Source: Mytilus edulis
Taxonomy: Eukaryota
Assembly: GCF_963676685.1 (NCBI RefSeq)
Contig: NC_092357.1
Location: 36,952,001-37,016,000, forward strand
DNA length: 64,000 bases
Reading direction: 5' to 3'
The notes under the pieces are model-generated. The model searched no databases. It was not told the DNA's origin and worked only from the letters and a program-made list of their open reading frames with translations. The position numbers and the translations under genes are program-made. Within the stretch, counting starts at the first letter, position 1, and every line of letters begins with the position of its first letter. This document shows, one piece after another, positions 39,715-53,061 of the stretch.

Positions 39715-41531
39715 TTTTGAAATCTTCAACCCAGCAATAACAAAAGTACACGCAAAACCACACCCGTAGACCAAACAGTATACAAAGTATGGCGGCCTAT
39801 ATATAAAAAACGAGAAACAAAGAAAACTTATAAACCACAAAAACAAACGACAAAATTCACATCAATTAATTATAAGAAAGATTTTGAATGGAACTAAAAG
39901 ATATCAACATGTAAGTGTATGATGTCCTTGGTCGGATAACAAAGCGAACATGTTACTGCAAGTCAAACTACACATGGTCTGTTTTTATAGAAATAAACGC
40001 GGAAACAATTTATTTGGTAATAAGATTATATATGCGTATCAATTTAGGATATACGTGTGCATTTCCGTTTACATAAGTGTCCTGTAAAGGGGTTTGATCT
40101 TTTCAACCCTATATCTTAAGAGCTGCCTTCATTTCCTTGGCACCTGAGTATATACTATTCCTATACAGTTTGACAATAGAAAAAAAAAGTGGGCCAGCAT
40201 ATAAATTACTGCCAATGTACTTGTTGAATGAGAAAAAAGAGTATGTACTAACAAACATATTTAAAAGGTGTCTTTATTACACTCTGAGTCTGTATCAAAG
40301 TGTGCTTCTAGTTCAAATGCAAGTGTAGAATCAAATATAAGTTTAATAAAAGACGTTTGATAATCTTATCATTTTATTTCTTTCTTTTGGATTATTTCAA
40401 AAGTACCTGCATTGTTTTTGAAATGTCAGCGTCATAAAAAAAACTTGACATTGGTTGTCATGTCATGTTTATGGATTCAAATATGAAAAAAACATATCAC
40501 CCGAATAGTTGCAGATTTTCTTTTTTACAAAATTGAAACACAACAACTGCTGATAGCTATATAGATAATCATCATTCAGAATGCAATGCTTGTAAATAAA
40601 AAGGCAAAACTCAATACTATCATTTTTTTGGGGCATCTTAGTAAAATTCTCTCAGACCATTAATTCAAATTTCTCCCTTTCTTATTCATGAGTTTGTGTA
40701 CACCCAAAGTAAAAACATAGGTAATGAGTATTAAAGTATTCGTAATAAGACAACGTCATAGAAAACGGCTATGCGTTTCGATAGATATAGATAGCTTTAT
40801 TCATTTAATTTTTAACCTGCAATAGAATTTACATTTAACAACAAAAATCAAAGAATTTCAAATAGTGTTTGCAATTGTCTCAGCTTCTCATTTCTCAATT
40901 ATTGCTCAATGTTACCCAATCAAAATCAGCTGTCCAATTTGAGTCAACATCAGTTTACAGGTCTTCATCATGTTCAGATCGTATCAATTCATTTAAAAAA
41001 TGCAAATCAAGGTGAAAGGAAAATTCCATAAAAAGAGCGAGACCGGGCTAGTTACAGGATAAAAAGTTCCTGTTATGCATGAATGACCTGTCATGCTAAA
41101 CCAAAATATTCTATTTCGCTCAATTTTGAACTTTGATGCTACTTTTATTTCATTTTTAAATGTTTAAATCGCGTTAATGTTGAAAACATTGCATGCACTT
41201 CTCAGTATGATTTACTCTTAGCTAGGCTTATTGATCTTTCAAAACCTCAATTCATAGTTTGGACTTTTAGTGGGTTTTTTTCTCAATTAATTTCGCGTAA
41301 AAACAAGTTTAAAGGATTGTGGGACTTGTTGGGCATTTCAGATAGAAATGAGGTTTTCAGTTCGCGTTACTTTACCACGAAACATATATTGTAGCTTTTT
41401 ACATGTTTTAGCAAACACAATTTTCTTTATTCCTATTTTTTTCATAGGGTCAAGGTGTGGATGGTAGATTGGGAGAACTGTATATTAAAAGGCACCGTCT
41501 TTGACCTCAGTAAGACACGCACTTTTCAGAT

Positions 41532-43253
41532 ATGGCAACCGATGAAATTGCATCGTTCTGCAACATTTGTCTAACAAGGGACCAAAATAAGTTGGCTGAA
41601 GAATACTGTCCGCAATGTGAAGAGGCTCTTTGTGGAGACTGTCGACATCATCATAAGATATCGAAATCCACAAAATCACATCAGACAATCTCTTTAGAAA
41701 AATATAATAAATTACCATCTTTCATCAAGCAAATAAAGCATAACTGTGAGGAGCATGATTGCTTTCTTGAATGTTATTGTAAATGTCATGACTCTCTGTG
41801 CTGCAAACGTTGTTTGATATCAAGTCATAAGGAATGCAAGGAAATTATTTTCATTGAGGATTTTCTAACACCTTCTACCGGATATCACTCCGTAGCTTTA
41901 CATAACATTGAAAAAGCCCTCAAAGATCTAGATACTAATATTTGTTCTGCTATAAAGGACAGAAATCGAAATTTAACCGAGTTACATGAACAGAAGCAGA
42001 AGATTTCAAAGCTAATTAAAGAAAAACGTCAAGAAATCAATACACGTTTAGACAATTTAGAAGATGCACTCCAAGAAAAGGCATCTGCAATGGAGAATGA
42101 ATACTGTCTGAAAATAAATAAAGTGATTGCAAAATTAGAGTATGGAAAAAAGAAAGTAGACAAAATTATAGAAGATGTTGATTCTGTCAAAATGTTTGCA
42201 TCCAATTTACAAATCTTCATGGGAACAAAGACATTCCAGGAAAATGTTTCAACCAATGAAATTAACGTCCACGAATTGTGTGATAATGGTAAGCTCAACA
42301 ACTTCACAATGGAATGTACGTTCAATGATAAACTGGAAGAGTTAAGGAACGAAGTAAAGGTATTTGGTGACATAAAGGTAGACAATTGTGATAAACATAT
42401 TTCTTTTTCCTGGAGAGGTGATAAATCAGCACAGCTTTATAAATCTACATTAGGAGCAAACTCTATTGAAAATATAAATGTCACACTTGTTCGTAAGATT
42501 AACATAAATGTCAATGGCCTTTCTGGATGTGCCATATCAGAAGCTGGAAACATTATGTTTCTACACGACCACAGCAATAGTCTGATAAAATATACGCGTA
42601 ATGGTAAATTTATTTCAAAATCGGTTATCAACCAACAGGCAAAAGACATTGGGTATGACCTTGCAGTGATTGATTCTGATACGGTAGCTGTATCAAGTGG
42701 TGGAAACGACCCTCAACAGATTTACTTGATTGATATGAATACTACAAAGACCAGTCAAGTTTTTCAACTTGGGGACAGGTGTTACGGTTTAAGCTACAAC
42801 AACAATTCCTTTATTTGTTGCACGCATATGAATGGCATCAAAATATATGACAGATCGCACGACAATTTGACTAATGCCCGGATATTGCCAAATGCACCTG
42901 GAATGGTGGCTTATACCTACGTTACCTCAAATAAAAATCGCATTTTTCATACAAACTGGCGTGACCATTCTGTTGTTTGTTACGAATTAAGCGGGCAGGT
43001 ACAATGGAAATACTGCGATTCGATACTAAGACAACCGTTTGGCATCACCTTAGATTCTTATTCTAACATTTATGTTGCTGGTTCTGAATCAAACAATGTC
43101 GTAGTGATATCCAAAGATGGAAAGCAGGCCAAAGAACTTATTGGAGCTAATGACGGAATTTCAAATCCACGCGCCATGTATTTTGATAAAAACAAAAACA
43201 TACTTCTTGTCACAAACTATAAGGGATATGCATTCCTATTTAACGTTACATAA
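41532..43253 (+). CDS. RING-less TRIM-like protein, 573 aa, copy 4
   Basis: Same domain layout as copy 2 and closest to copy 1. Acceptor AG at 41447. Confidence 0.92.
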   Translation: MATDEIASFCNICLTRDQNKLAEEYCPQCEEALCGDCRHHHKISKSTKSHQTISLEKYNKLPSFIKQIKHNCEEHDCFLECYCKCHDSLCCKRCLISSHKECKEIIFIEDFLTPSTGYHSVALHNIEKALKDLDTNICSAIKDRNRNLTELHEQKQKISKLIKEKRQEINTRLDNLEDALQEKASAMENEYCLKINKVIAKLEYGKKKVDKIIEDVDSVKMFASNLQIFMGTKTFQENVSTNEINVHELCDNGKLNNFTMECTFNDKLEELRNEVKVFGDIKVDNCDKHISFSWRGDKSAQLYKSTLGANSIENINVTLVRKININVNGLSGCAISEAGNIMFLHDHSNSLIKYTRNGKFISKSVINQQAKDIGYDLAVIDSDTVAVSSGGNDPQQIYLIDMNTTKTSQVFQLGDRCYGLSYNNNSFICCTHMNGIKIYDRSHDNLTNARILPNAPGMVAYTYVTSNKNRIFHTNWRDHSVVCYELSGQVQWKYCDSILRQPFGITLDSYSNIYVAGSESNNVVVISKDGKQAKELIGANDGISNPRAMYFDKNKNILLVTNYKGYAFLFNVT

Positions 43254-43385
43254 AATATATTGATACTGTTACAATCAATCTTTTCCTACTGAGATAAAAT
43301 ATAGTAATGGCATAAATGCCATGCCAAGTTTATTATAGTATTGGTCCAGTTTATACATACATCAATTCAGGAATATGCATTAAAT

Positions 43386-43849
43386 CATTGATTTCCTTGA
43401 TGTTGGATTGCTGCTCACAAGGAAGCTATAAAACCAAGGGTTCCAAATGGTGAAAACTTCAAGTTGAAGTCATCTCTTTGTAAATTGTACAGACGTCATC
43501 ACGAGTTGGTAATTGAATAACTGTTTCACAGATAAATCGGATATAACTACAATACTCCTTCCCTTTTCACGAATGTGACCAACCAAATTAGACAATTTAC
43601 CGAATTTGTAATAACATAAGCAACACGACGGGTGCCACATGTGGAGCAGGATCTGATTACCCTTCAAGAGCATCTGAGATTGCCCCCGGTTTTTGGTGGG
43701 GTTCGTGGTGCTTAGTCTTTAGTTATCTATCTTGTGTCTTCTGTACATTTATTTGTCTGTTTGTCTTTTTATATTTTAGCCATGGCGTTGTCAGTTCATT
43801 TTCAATCTATGAGTTTGACTGTCCATCTTGTATCTTTCGCCCCTCTTTT
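43386..43849 (+). mobile_element. Retroelement 3' fragment, duplicate of 15008-15461
   Basis: Same position downstream of the stop codon as in the copy 1 unit. Confidence 0.65.
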
Positions 43850-43957
43850 AGTTTATAATTGATTGATGAACGGTGAAACGTCAATTGCAAATATTGAGAA
43901 AGTAGTCGGATAGACGTATTGAAATAATGTATTGTGCATAAATCTTTTCAAAAAGAC

Positions 43958-45348
43958 TAGTATTGTCAATGGTTAACCGGTTAACCGGGAAGGACCGAAT
44001 ATGGAATACAAAAAACATTTCTGGTTAACCGGACTTTTTTTTAATTTTAAAAATTTTGATATAAATGTATATTGAAATCTCTAAATAAGTTCGTTTTATT
44101 TAAAAAATATCGTCGTGGCAATTAATTTGGCAGATCAATTGTTCAGTTTATTGATTGCTTTTGTTAATCCAAGAAAAATGAAATTAATTAGATTTCAGAC
44201 CGGAGACGACAAAATGCGTCCTTTTGCGCAACAACATTTTTACTCCAATCCTACGTTTGCGCCACCGGTTTTCAAATAACATAGTATCATTTGCGCCAAA
44301 AAAAACCATACGCTTGCGCCAATTAGAAGAAAAATTACTTCCCTCCTCCTTTATTCGGATTTGGAACCGGCAGTTAACACGTGAATCTGAATGTGCAACC
44401 TCCTTCGTGTACGGTTTTGTCATATACTTAAAAGTATTCCAAATGGTGAAGTATTAAAGTATTCCAAATGGTTGAAATCATCCCTTCGTAAATTTTACGG
44501 ACGCCATCACGAGTTGGTTGACCGTTATGGAATAACCGTATCACAAATGATATCGGATATGTTCCTTACGTCGTAACTACAATCCCCCTTCCTTTCCTGA
44601 ATGTGACCTACCGAATTAGACTATTTACAGGATTTGTTATCACATAAGCAACACGACGGGTGCCGCATGTGGAGCAGGATCTGCTTACCCTTCCGGAGCA
44701 CCTGAGATCACCCCTAGTTTTTGGTGGGGTTCGTGTTGTTTATTCTTTAGTTTTCTATGTTGTGTCATGTGTACTATTGTTTTTCTGTTTTGCTGTTTTT
44801 CTGTTTGTCTTTTTCATTTTTAGCCATGGCGTTGTCAGTTTGTTTTAGATTTATGAGTTTGACTGTCCCTTTGGTATCTTTCGTCCCTCTTTTAAACGAA
44901 ATGGGAACTAAGAATATGATATGAAAATAAACGTGAATGTAACACATGTATACTTGACGGTACGAGTAACATGCTTCATCCTTTCAAATTGAAACACTTC
45001 ACATTATTGTTTTGAGACATCAAGAGAAAATGAAAGAATCGTCGGTTTCAGACACTTTTAATTCGACGAGATCAAGAAGGTTTTTCCTTTTTCAATTTGA
45101 ATTTATTACAAGCACCATGGTAGATACGGTGTATAGGATTATTAAAGTCAAACTTCGCCAGAAATCTCCAAAGGCAAGCCTTATAATGTCAAAAGACAAA
45201 CTTCAATTCATCGTATTATAATAACGTACATTTTAAGTTATCTAAATAAGGCATTCAAACATCAACTTAAACTACTGGTTAACCGGTTAATCGGTCGAAC
45301 GATTATTCGAGTAACCGGTTAGTAAAAACTGTACGATTTGACAACATA
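43958..45348. mobile_element. hAT-like MITE (duplicate of 15570-16503) with a nested younger retroelement fragment at ~44431-44893
   Basis: The insert encodes LKSSLRKFYGRHHELVDRYGITVSQMISDMF. The empty site tactttaaacg is at ~16044-16054. Confidence 0.75.
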
Positions 45349-47229
45349 TCACAATCTTTTCTTTCCGATCTTTTTCTTCCTGCAGTTCAAAGCTGTTGAC
45401 TTGTGATTTTGCGACAATTGAGACATACAGGAAGTTATCTAAGGGACTGTTTATTTCCAGATTTGAATAAAGAATTATTATTTGTTATGTCGAAGATTTT
45501 AGAAATGGCATATCATTGTTGTTCTTGTCCTCATTTACACACATGGCTAATTGTAAGATACTTTATTTTTGAGAATTAAGTATATCTGACTTGTCCTGTT
45601 AAATCCATTTACTCCATTGATTGTACATGTTGAATGTTGAATGTTATAACAGAGTTGAAGTAATCATGTTCAAATCGATAGTTTCACTCCATGGTTTATC
45701 AAAAATGAGGTGAAAAATATTATAGTAATTGGCATTCGGATACGCTTCCGTTCTTTAACTAATGCATTACGTGCAAAGTTTTTTGTGTTCATTTGAACGC
45801 AAAACAGAAGGCAAACACATTTACAATTCACTATATGTGAACAACTTGTTGACGAGTCATTAAGGTTTGCATATCTGCATAATTACTGAATGGGAATGTG
45901 TAATCCTGTATAATCCTGTAAAAGTGTCTGTCGCTAAAATAAAATCCATGTTATCGCTATTCAAATTAACTATTTACTCAATATTTTGAGATACCCACTT
46001 TATAATTGTATAGTTTTAATACATTTTTATAACATGACTTGCAGAATTATATTGTTATGTAATAAGCCATTTACGGAGGCTGTTTATCTGTTAACAATAA
46101 AACCAGTAAGAGTATTTTTTCATTTCTTTATAGGCAGATCTCAAGACATTTGATTTTCTATAAAAGTCTAATACGCCCTGTTTTTCTTATAATGAGAATT
46201 TAAGACATTTGAAAATAGTAAGTACAATGATTCGAAGTGGTCCTTGTCACAAGTTGTTGTGTGGAGTATCAGAACAAAGGTTAATTTAAAAAAAAGTCTA
46301 ACTCATTCATAGCTTTCCGTTTCACACTTTACTCTGTGTATATAGCTGGCTTCGAGGTTGAATCAGTAGTACACCTGTCTATAAGTGCTAACTGTCGGCA
46401 GTCACGTAACAGTTCTATATTCAAGTTTGCTTTTTATGTTTATTTGATTTCTTGCCTAATACTCAGTCAAAAAAGTTCATGAATACATTAAAAAAATGTA
46501 TACTTTTTTTAATCAAACGATCAATTTTTGAAAACAGAACTTTAATAAAAGTTACAAGGTTTAAAAACATTGAAAAGGACACATTTTTTAAAATGTTTAT
46601 AGACGTGTTCTAAGTATGTCAAATTCTAAATATTTCTTTTCCAATTACTTGCCACAAAGTGATCAACTATCTTATATTAACCTGAATTCTCAAATTACCG
46701 AAAACAGTATTTTACTGGTATGACATAAGACTATAAACATGATAAATGACTAGGTTCAATATTAAGGACAGATTCTTTAAACATGTGATACTTTTAACAA
46801 ATATGTGATATTTCAGTTACTATCAGTAGATTAACACAGTTAATGGACAACAACAGTATTGATATAACTATCAATATTTCTATACGGTCAATGATGCAAA
46901 TTTATAGCACGACTCCTTACAAACAAAATCTAAGCAATAAAAGATATTAGGTATGTCTGCGACGCCAAATCAAAATTTCCACAGCATAAAAAAGCTGCAA
47001 AAATCAAACGAAGAGCGCTGATATTTTTGGTCTTCTTTTCAAAGTCACATGTCTATTCTTTAGTTAAGGTTTGTGATGTTGATTTGAAATACGACCGTGT
47101 TAATGCAGCATTATTCTTTCCCAAAAAAGAACACCAATTAGGCAAGGAAGAACATCGCTTAATTATATATTTCAAAATTTTAAAATATTTTCTTGATTTC
47201 GACATTGTTTTTTTTTATTATGTCGTTTT

Positions 47230-47516
47230 TTTTGTGCTGACATGAATTATCATTGATATGGTTATATTTATAAATAAACTGTTTACAAAATTTAGAATTT
47301 TTGAAATACTAAGGCTTTTCTACCTCAGGCATAGATTACCTTAGCTGGATTTGGCAAAACTTTTAGAAATGTTGGTCCTCAATGCTCTTCAACTTCGTAC
47401 TTTATTTGGCCTTTTAACTTTTTTGGATTTTAGCGTCACTGATGAGTCTTTTGTAGACGAAACGCGCGTCTGACGGATATACAAAATTTAGTCCTAATAT
47501 CTATGATGAGTTTATT
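47230..47516 (+). mobile_element. Penelope-like pseudo-LTR fragment inserted after the segmental duplication
   Basis: Absent at the paralogous site near 18372 (gtcgttt|ccacaaaatg). It carries a hammerhead ribozyme. Confidence 0.75.
47434..47475 (+). ncRNA. Minimal type I hammerhead ribozyme
   Basis: Stem I cgtca(47434-38)/tgacg(47471-75); core CTGATGA (47439-45); stem II gtct/agac with loop tttgt; GAAAC; palindromic stem III ACGCGCGT; GTC triplet ending at 47470. Confidence 0.85.
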
Positions 47517-47964
47517 CCACAAAATGTACTACAATAAACTAAGACAGGGTAAATAATTGAGATGTTACCCTCATGTAGTATTGCAGTGAATCATATTATA
47601 TTCGGAAGATACATGTTATAGAAAGCAGTTAAATATCTTAAATAATTTTGCTATCTTTATTTGCCTTACTTAAAGGCAAGATCAACAAGCATCATGTGAG
47701 CATAAACAGTAAAGTTTAAAGGTATGAAGATGATAAAGATGCTATCTTTATTTGTCCTAATGATCTTTTCCACACTATGAACGAGTGAACTTTTATGTTA
47801 AATCAATAAACAGAAGGGTGCATAGATAGTACAGTTTAAATGTATGAAGATTATAAAGATGCACAACCACTAAAAATTATACAATGATACATTCAGGAAA
47901 GAACTTAAAAAACAATAGTTCTTAATTTCATAATAAATCATATATGTTTTTTAAATGTTTGAAT

Positions 47965-48506
47965 AAATAAAGGCAACAGTAGTATACCGCGGTTCAAAAC
48001 TCGTAAATCTATGGACAAAAAACAAAATCGGGGTAACAAACAAAAACTGAGGGAAACGCATTAAATATAAGAGGAGAACAACGACACAAAACAAAAATGT
48101 AACAAACACAGAAACGGACTAAGCATTAGACAAAATCCGATGACAATAACAAATATAACATCAAAACCAAATACACGAATTTGTGATAGAAAAGTACCGT
48201 GACACGTCTTATAGTAATGTGAATTCACACTAAAATATAAGAGAAAACAAACGACACAACGGAAACACAACGTACAAATGTTACACACACATAAACGAAC
48301 TATAATATAACAATGGCCATTTTCCTGACTTGGTACAGGACATTTTTAAAGAAAAAAATGGTGGGTTGAACCTGGTTTTGTTGCATGCCAAACCTCGCAC
48401 TTTAATGGCAATGTTAAATATAACATTAAAATGACAACATAATATTACAGGACTACAATAAAAATAAATAGGAGAACGTATTAGGCAAAAAAAACACATG
48501 AATAAT
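47965..48506. repeat. Interspersed repeat insertion (starts aaaggcaacagtagtataccgc)
   Basis: Absent at the paralogous site near 19005. Older related fragments lie near 32795, 38588 and 62958. Confidence 0.75.
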
Positions 48507-50094
48507 ATCAGATTTTCAAAAGCTTCCTGTCAGCAAAGACAAAACTACACGCAAAATAACACCAACAAAAACAAACAGTACAAAAGGTTTGACGGTGTTT
48601 GTAATTAGACATCAAAATCACTGGTGTTTCATGATGCAATTTTTATTTCAGCAGCTACAGTAAAGAATCGTAGAATTATTTTAACATGTTTAAATTGAAC
48701 CACAAAGTTACTCAGGAGATTCACCGTAAGTGTCTGAATCTTTATCAGAATATCAACGCGTACATTTTTACTGCATGCAAACTATGCACGCATGTTTTGT
48801 AGAAATATATACGCGTATATTATTAAAATACAGGTGTTAATTATTCGTCTTTTGATTAAATAATACACGCATATAAACTCAGATGATACGCGTATCTTTT
48901 CACTTATTCACATTTGTTGTTGATATGGTTTGCTCTAAACGATACATTATCTTAAGAGATGTGACCTTTACCTAGCACCTTCGTTCATACTGTTATTGTT
49001 AAGGAAAGTTGGACCGATAACAAACTATTGTTGATTTATTACATTGAATGATTGAAAATAAGATAAAATATTGAAGAATATTTACCAAACAAAAAGGGGT
49101 CCATATTGCCGCTGTATGCTATACGTTAGTTTGACCTGCGTTCTTATGCATATATCAAATTTTCTCGGCTAAAAATTAAAAGTCTTTTGCTCAATGCCTA
49201 AAACAAGAGCCTAACTGAAAAGTAGCTTCCTTGGCATCACATATTTCCAATTGGTACGATGATTCCAAATAAATGCTTGAAGCCTTGTAATCTGAGATCC
49301 ATTTTTTAATTGTGTCCTTTGGGAAGAACATACATTTTTCTAAACCACGGAGTGGAAACAGCAATTTGTCTATGCGTCTGAGTTTTTCGAGATTTTCAAA
49401 TCTCTTTATAACATTTAACTTGTATTCCAGGTAAATACTAACAGAACTTATTTTTCACTAAAAATTTGTTAAAACGCCCATTTTTCACTTTCAACATATC
49501 ATGCTACTCGTTAGCGAATGTCAATTTTGCCAAGAATAAAACCATACAACGGTTTACAAGTAATTTGTTGTAAAAGTGTGTAATAAAATCAGTAATTGGA
49601 AAGTGATCTATTAGCTTATATTTTTTTGTTATGCAATAGAACTAGTACTTGCACCTGAAAAATTGATGTTATAAACATCCTCAATATACAACAACAGTTA
49701 AAGTGTGTGTGACTGGTTTTTTTTTCTGGTCTCTAACTGTGTACATATTACCGGATTTAAACAAGGTTGAATAAATGTGCAACAAGTGTATAACGTATCA
49801 TTTAAGTGTGGAGCTTATTTGGCATATTGAATCGCACTAGTTGCAAATCGTCATTCAATGCACCATTCTTATAAATTATAAAACCAAATCCAATATTTAG
49901 TTTTTAAAACGGAATTAAGGTATTTAATTTTACATGAAATTAACCTATTATCACGTAAAAATAAAATGATTTGCATTTCAATTTGAAATTCATGTGAATT
50001 TACAAATTAAAGTGTTTTCAAATCATATCTCAATTTTAAATTTAAGGTAATATCATGGAAATACCAATTATGTTTTTTTTTATAAAATAAAAAC

Positions 50095-50476
50095 AAATGG
50101 TATAATAGCCAATGACACAACTCTCCACAAGAGACCAAATGACACAGCAATTAACAGCTCTATGTGACCGCACAGTCTTCGACAATGAACAAAGTCCATA
50201 ACGCATAGTCAGCTATAAAACTCCCCAGAATGACAATAAAAAACAGTTCAAACGAGAAAACTAACGGTCTAACTCATGTACCAAAAATGAACTAACAACA
50301 AATATGTAACACATAAACTAACGACAACCACTGAATTACAGACTCCTGACTTGGGACAGACACATACATACAGAATGTGGCGGGGTTAAACATGTTAGCG
50401 GGATCCCAACCCGCCCTTAACCTGGGACAGTGCTGTACCAGTACAACATAAGAACGAACTATACAAATCAGTTGAA
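50095..50476. repeat. Abundant SINE-like interspersed repeat
   Basis: caactctccacaagagaccaaatgacacag...accactgaattacagactcctgacttgggacag...ggcggggttaaacatgttagcgggatccc; several copies in the window. Confidence 0.75.
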
Positions 50477-50967
50477 AGGCGAGTCTTTTGTAGACGAAAC
50501 GCGCGTATCATGAGATACATACAATTAGAAATACTTGGACGTGGCATGGTACTAGTATATCCCAACAACAAATAGAGACTGGGTGTTCACGTGAAGTTTA
50601 CATGAATGTTTCACATGTATGATCTATTGATGTGAATTTTACGTTAAATATTTGAATTGAATTTTACCCGAGAGGCAAGTGACTGGATAAAAGTTTGCCC
50701 TGTAGGATCCATAAAAGTGCCTTTTAAAAGAACCTGTAATGGATTGTTGGAAAACTATTCACATACCGATGTACATGTATTGTGTTTATTGAAGGACAAT
50801 CTTTTCAACCTGCATTTAACTAATATTAAACAGATAGTATTATTCTTTAATTAGTATAATTCATTTATTCACATTTTTTTCAGGTTAAATGTAGTTTTTG
50901 CAGATTAGGAAATGTTGCAATTATAAGGCAGTATATTAAACATCAACAAAGACAATCAATTACAGAA

Positions 50968-52658
50968 ATGGCCACCAAAGAAAGTGCATTATTTTGCGTC
51001 ATTTGTCAATGCAAAGACATTAATAAATCAGCGGAATAATACTGTTCACATTGTGGAGAGGCTCTTTGTGGTGACCGCAGAGACAATCATAAGATATCGA
51101 GATTATCAAAATCACATCAAACAATCTCTATAGACAAATATAACAAATTACCATCATTTACCAAGTAAATTAGCCATAACAGTGAGAAGCATGACTGTAT
51201 CCTTGAATTCTATTGTAAATTTCATGACTCACTTTGTTGCAAATGTTGTTTGATATCAAGTCATAATGGTGCAAGAAAACTATTTTCATTGAGGATTTTC
51301 TAGCACCATCTTCAAGATAACAGTCAGCAGCTTTAGATAACGTTGAAAAAGTTCTAAACGATCTGGATGATAACATTTGTTTTGCTATAAAGGACCGAAA
51401 TCGAAATTTTACAAAATTATGTGAACAGAAGCGGGTGATCGCAGACCAATAAATGAAAAGCGTCTAGAAATTAATTTTTTAAACAATTAAGAAGTAGCAA
51501 TAATAGAAATATTATCTGCAACGGAGAAAGAATATTGTCAGAAAGTGATAGAAAAACTGAATGAGAGAAAGATGAAAGTAGAAGAAATTAAAAATGATGT
51601 CTAATCTATGAAAATGTTCGCATCCAATCTGCAAATCTTCATGGGACAAAAGACATTACAGGACAATGTATCTACTCATGAACTGAATCTGCAAGGTTTG
51701 TATGAAAATGGGAGCTTCGACAACTTTAAAATTATATGTATCTTAAATGAAAAACTAAACGGAATAATCAAAGATGTTAAAACGTTTGGTGATATAGATG
51801 TTAACAAATGTGAAAAGCATGCTTCTTTTTCATGGAAAGGTGACAAATCAGCACAAATTTTAATACCTATGACAGGAGACAACTCGATTGAAAACTTTAA
51901 CGTCAGGCTAGTACGTAGGAATAACATAGATGGCAATGATATTACTGAATGTGCCAGTTCAGAAAGTGGAGACATGTTTTTCTTCAATCACACCAATATT
52001 ACCTATTGATGTATCGACCTAACGGCGAATTCCATTCCAAATCACTTATCAACTCTGATCAATACAATGTTGGATATGAACTTGCGGTGGTTGGTTCAAA
52101 TACAGTAGCTGTATCATGTGGGGGGAATGATCCAAGACAACTTTTCTTAATTGATACAAATAGTACAGCAATACGTCAAGATTTTAACATTGACGGCTAT
52201 TGTTACGGCTTAAACTATCACAACGGATCTTTTATTTGTTGTACATCTGGATGTGGCATTCAACTATATGACATGTTGTCCCGCAAATTATCTAACATGC
52301 GGAAATTGACCAATGCAGTCCAACTGACAACTTAAACCTACGTTACATCAAATGAAAGCAGTATTTTTCATTCAAACTTTCGGGATAATTCTGCAGAATG
52401 TTACGATTTTAATGGACAAGTACAATTGACATATACTGATTCATTGCTGAAAAAACCATACGAGATTGCCTTAGATCCATATTTCAACATATGTATTGCT
52501 AGGTTTGATTCAAATATCTTAAGATGGGAAAAAAAGCCAAACAGCTCATTGGGGCTAGTGACGGAATTTTAAATCCTCTTGCCTTATTTTTCCATAAAAC
52601 CAAAAACGCACTTCTTGTTGCTAACTATGATGGAGTTGCCTTTCTGTTAGACGTTTAA
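50968..52658 (+). pseudogene. TRIM-like copy 5, decayed pseudogene
   Basis: Begins MATKESALFCVICQCKDINKSAE* and has many stops and frameshifts. Fragments 51608-52009 and 51949-52335 align to paralogues. Acceptor AG at 50883. Confidence 0.9.
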
Positions 52659-53061
52659 TACAGTAAACATTCTACTGATTGAAAACTACCATATGTTTAA
52701 TGCTTAATATCAAATGGATAAACTAACACGTTAAAGGCCAGGGCTGATCTAAATAGAAATCTGGTTGGAGAGCAATGAAGCCAATAAGGAAATGGGAGTG
52801 ACCTAACTACCTTATCAATTATTTATAGAAGTCAGCATGGTTAAAGAAACATGTGGAATTTACCTTTGTGTATAAATTTATAATCTAGACTTAAATTAAT
52901 AACTAAGACATAACAAGATTATGATGATCGAAAATGTTTGCATGATAACAGGTAACACTTGTAAATTTAATGCATTATTGTAATTATTCTGTTTTTAATA
53001 GAAATTTGAATGGTAGCGGTTCCAAATGTTTATCCTGTAATTAAATGTTAGTTTTTTGTAA

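Noticed and set aside
41018-41027. NF-kB-like GGAAAATTCC in the intron of copy 4
   Set aside because: It is degenerate at the homologous positions of copies 1 and 3 and easily arises by chance in AT-rich DNA.
50481-50506. Second hammerhead-like sequence gagtcttttgtagacgaaacgcgcgt
   Set aside because: It lacks the CTGAT part of the core and stem I, so it is an inactive fragment.
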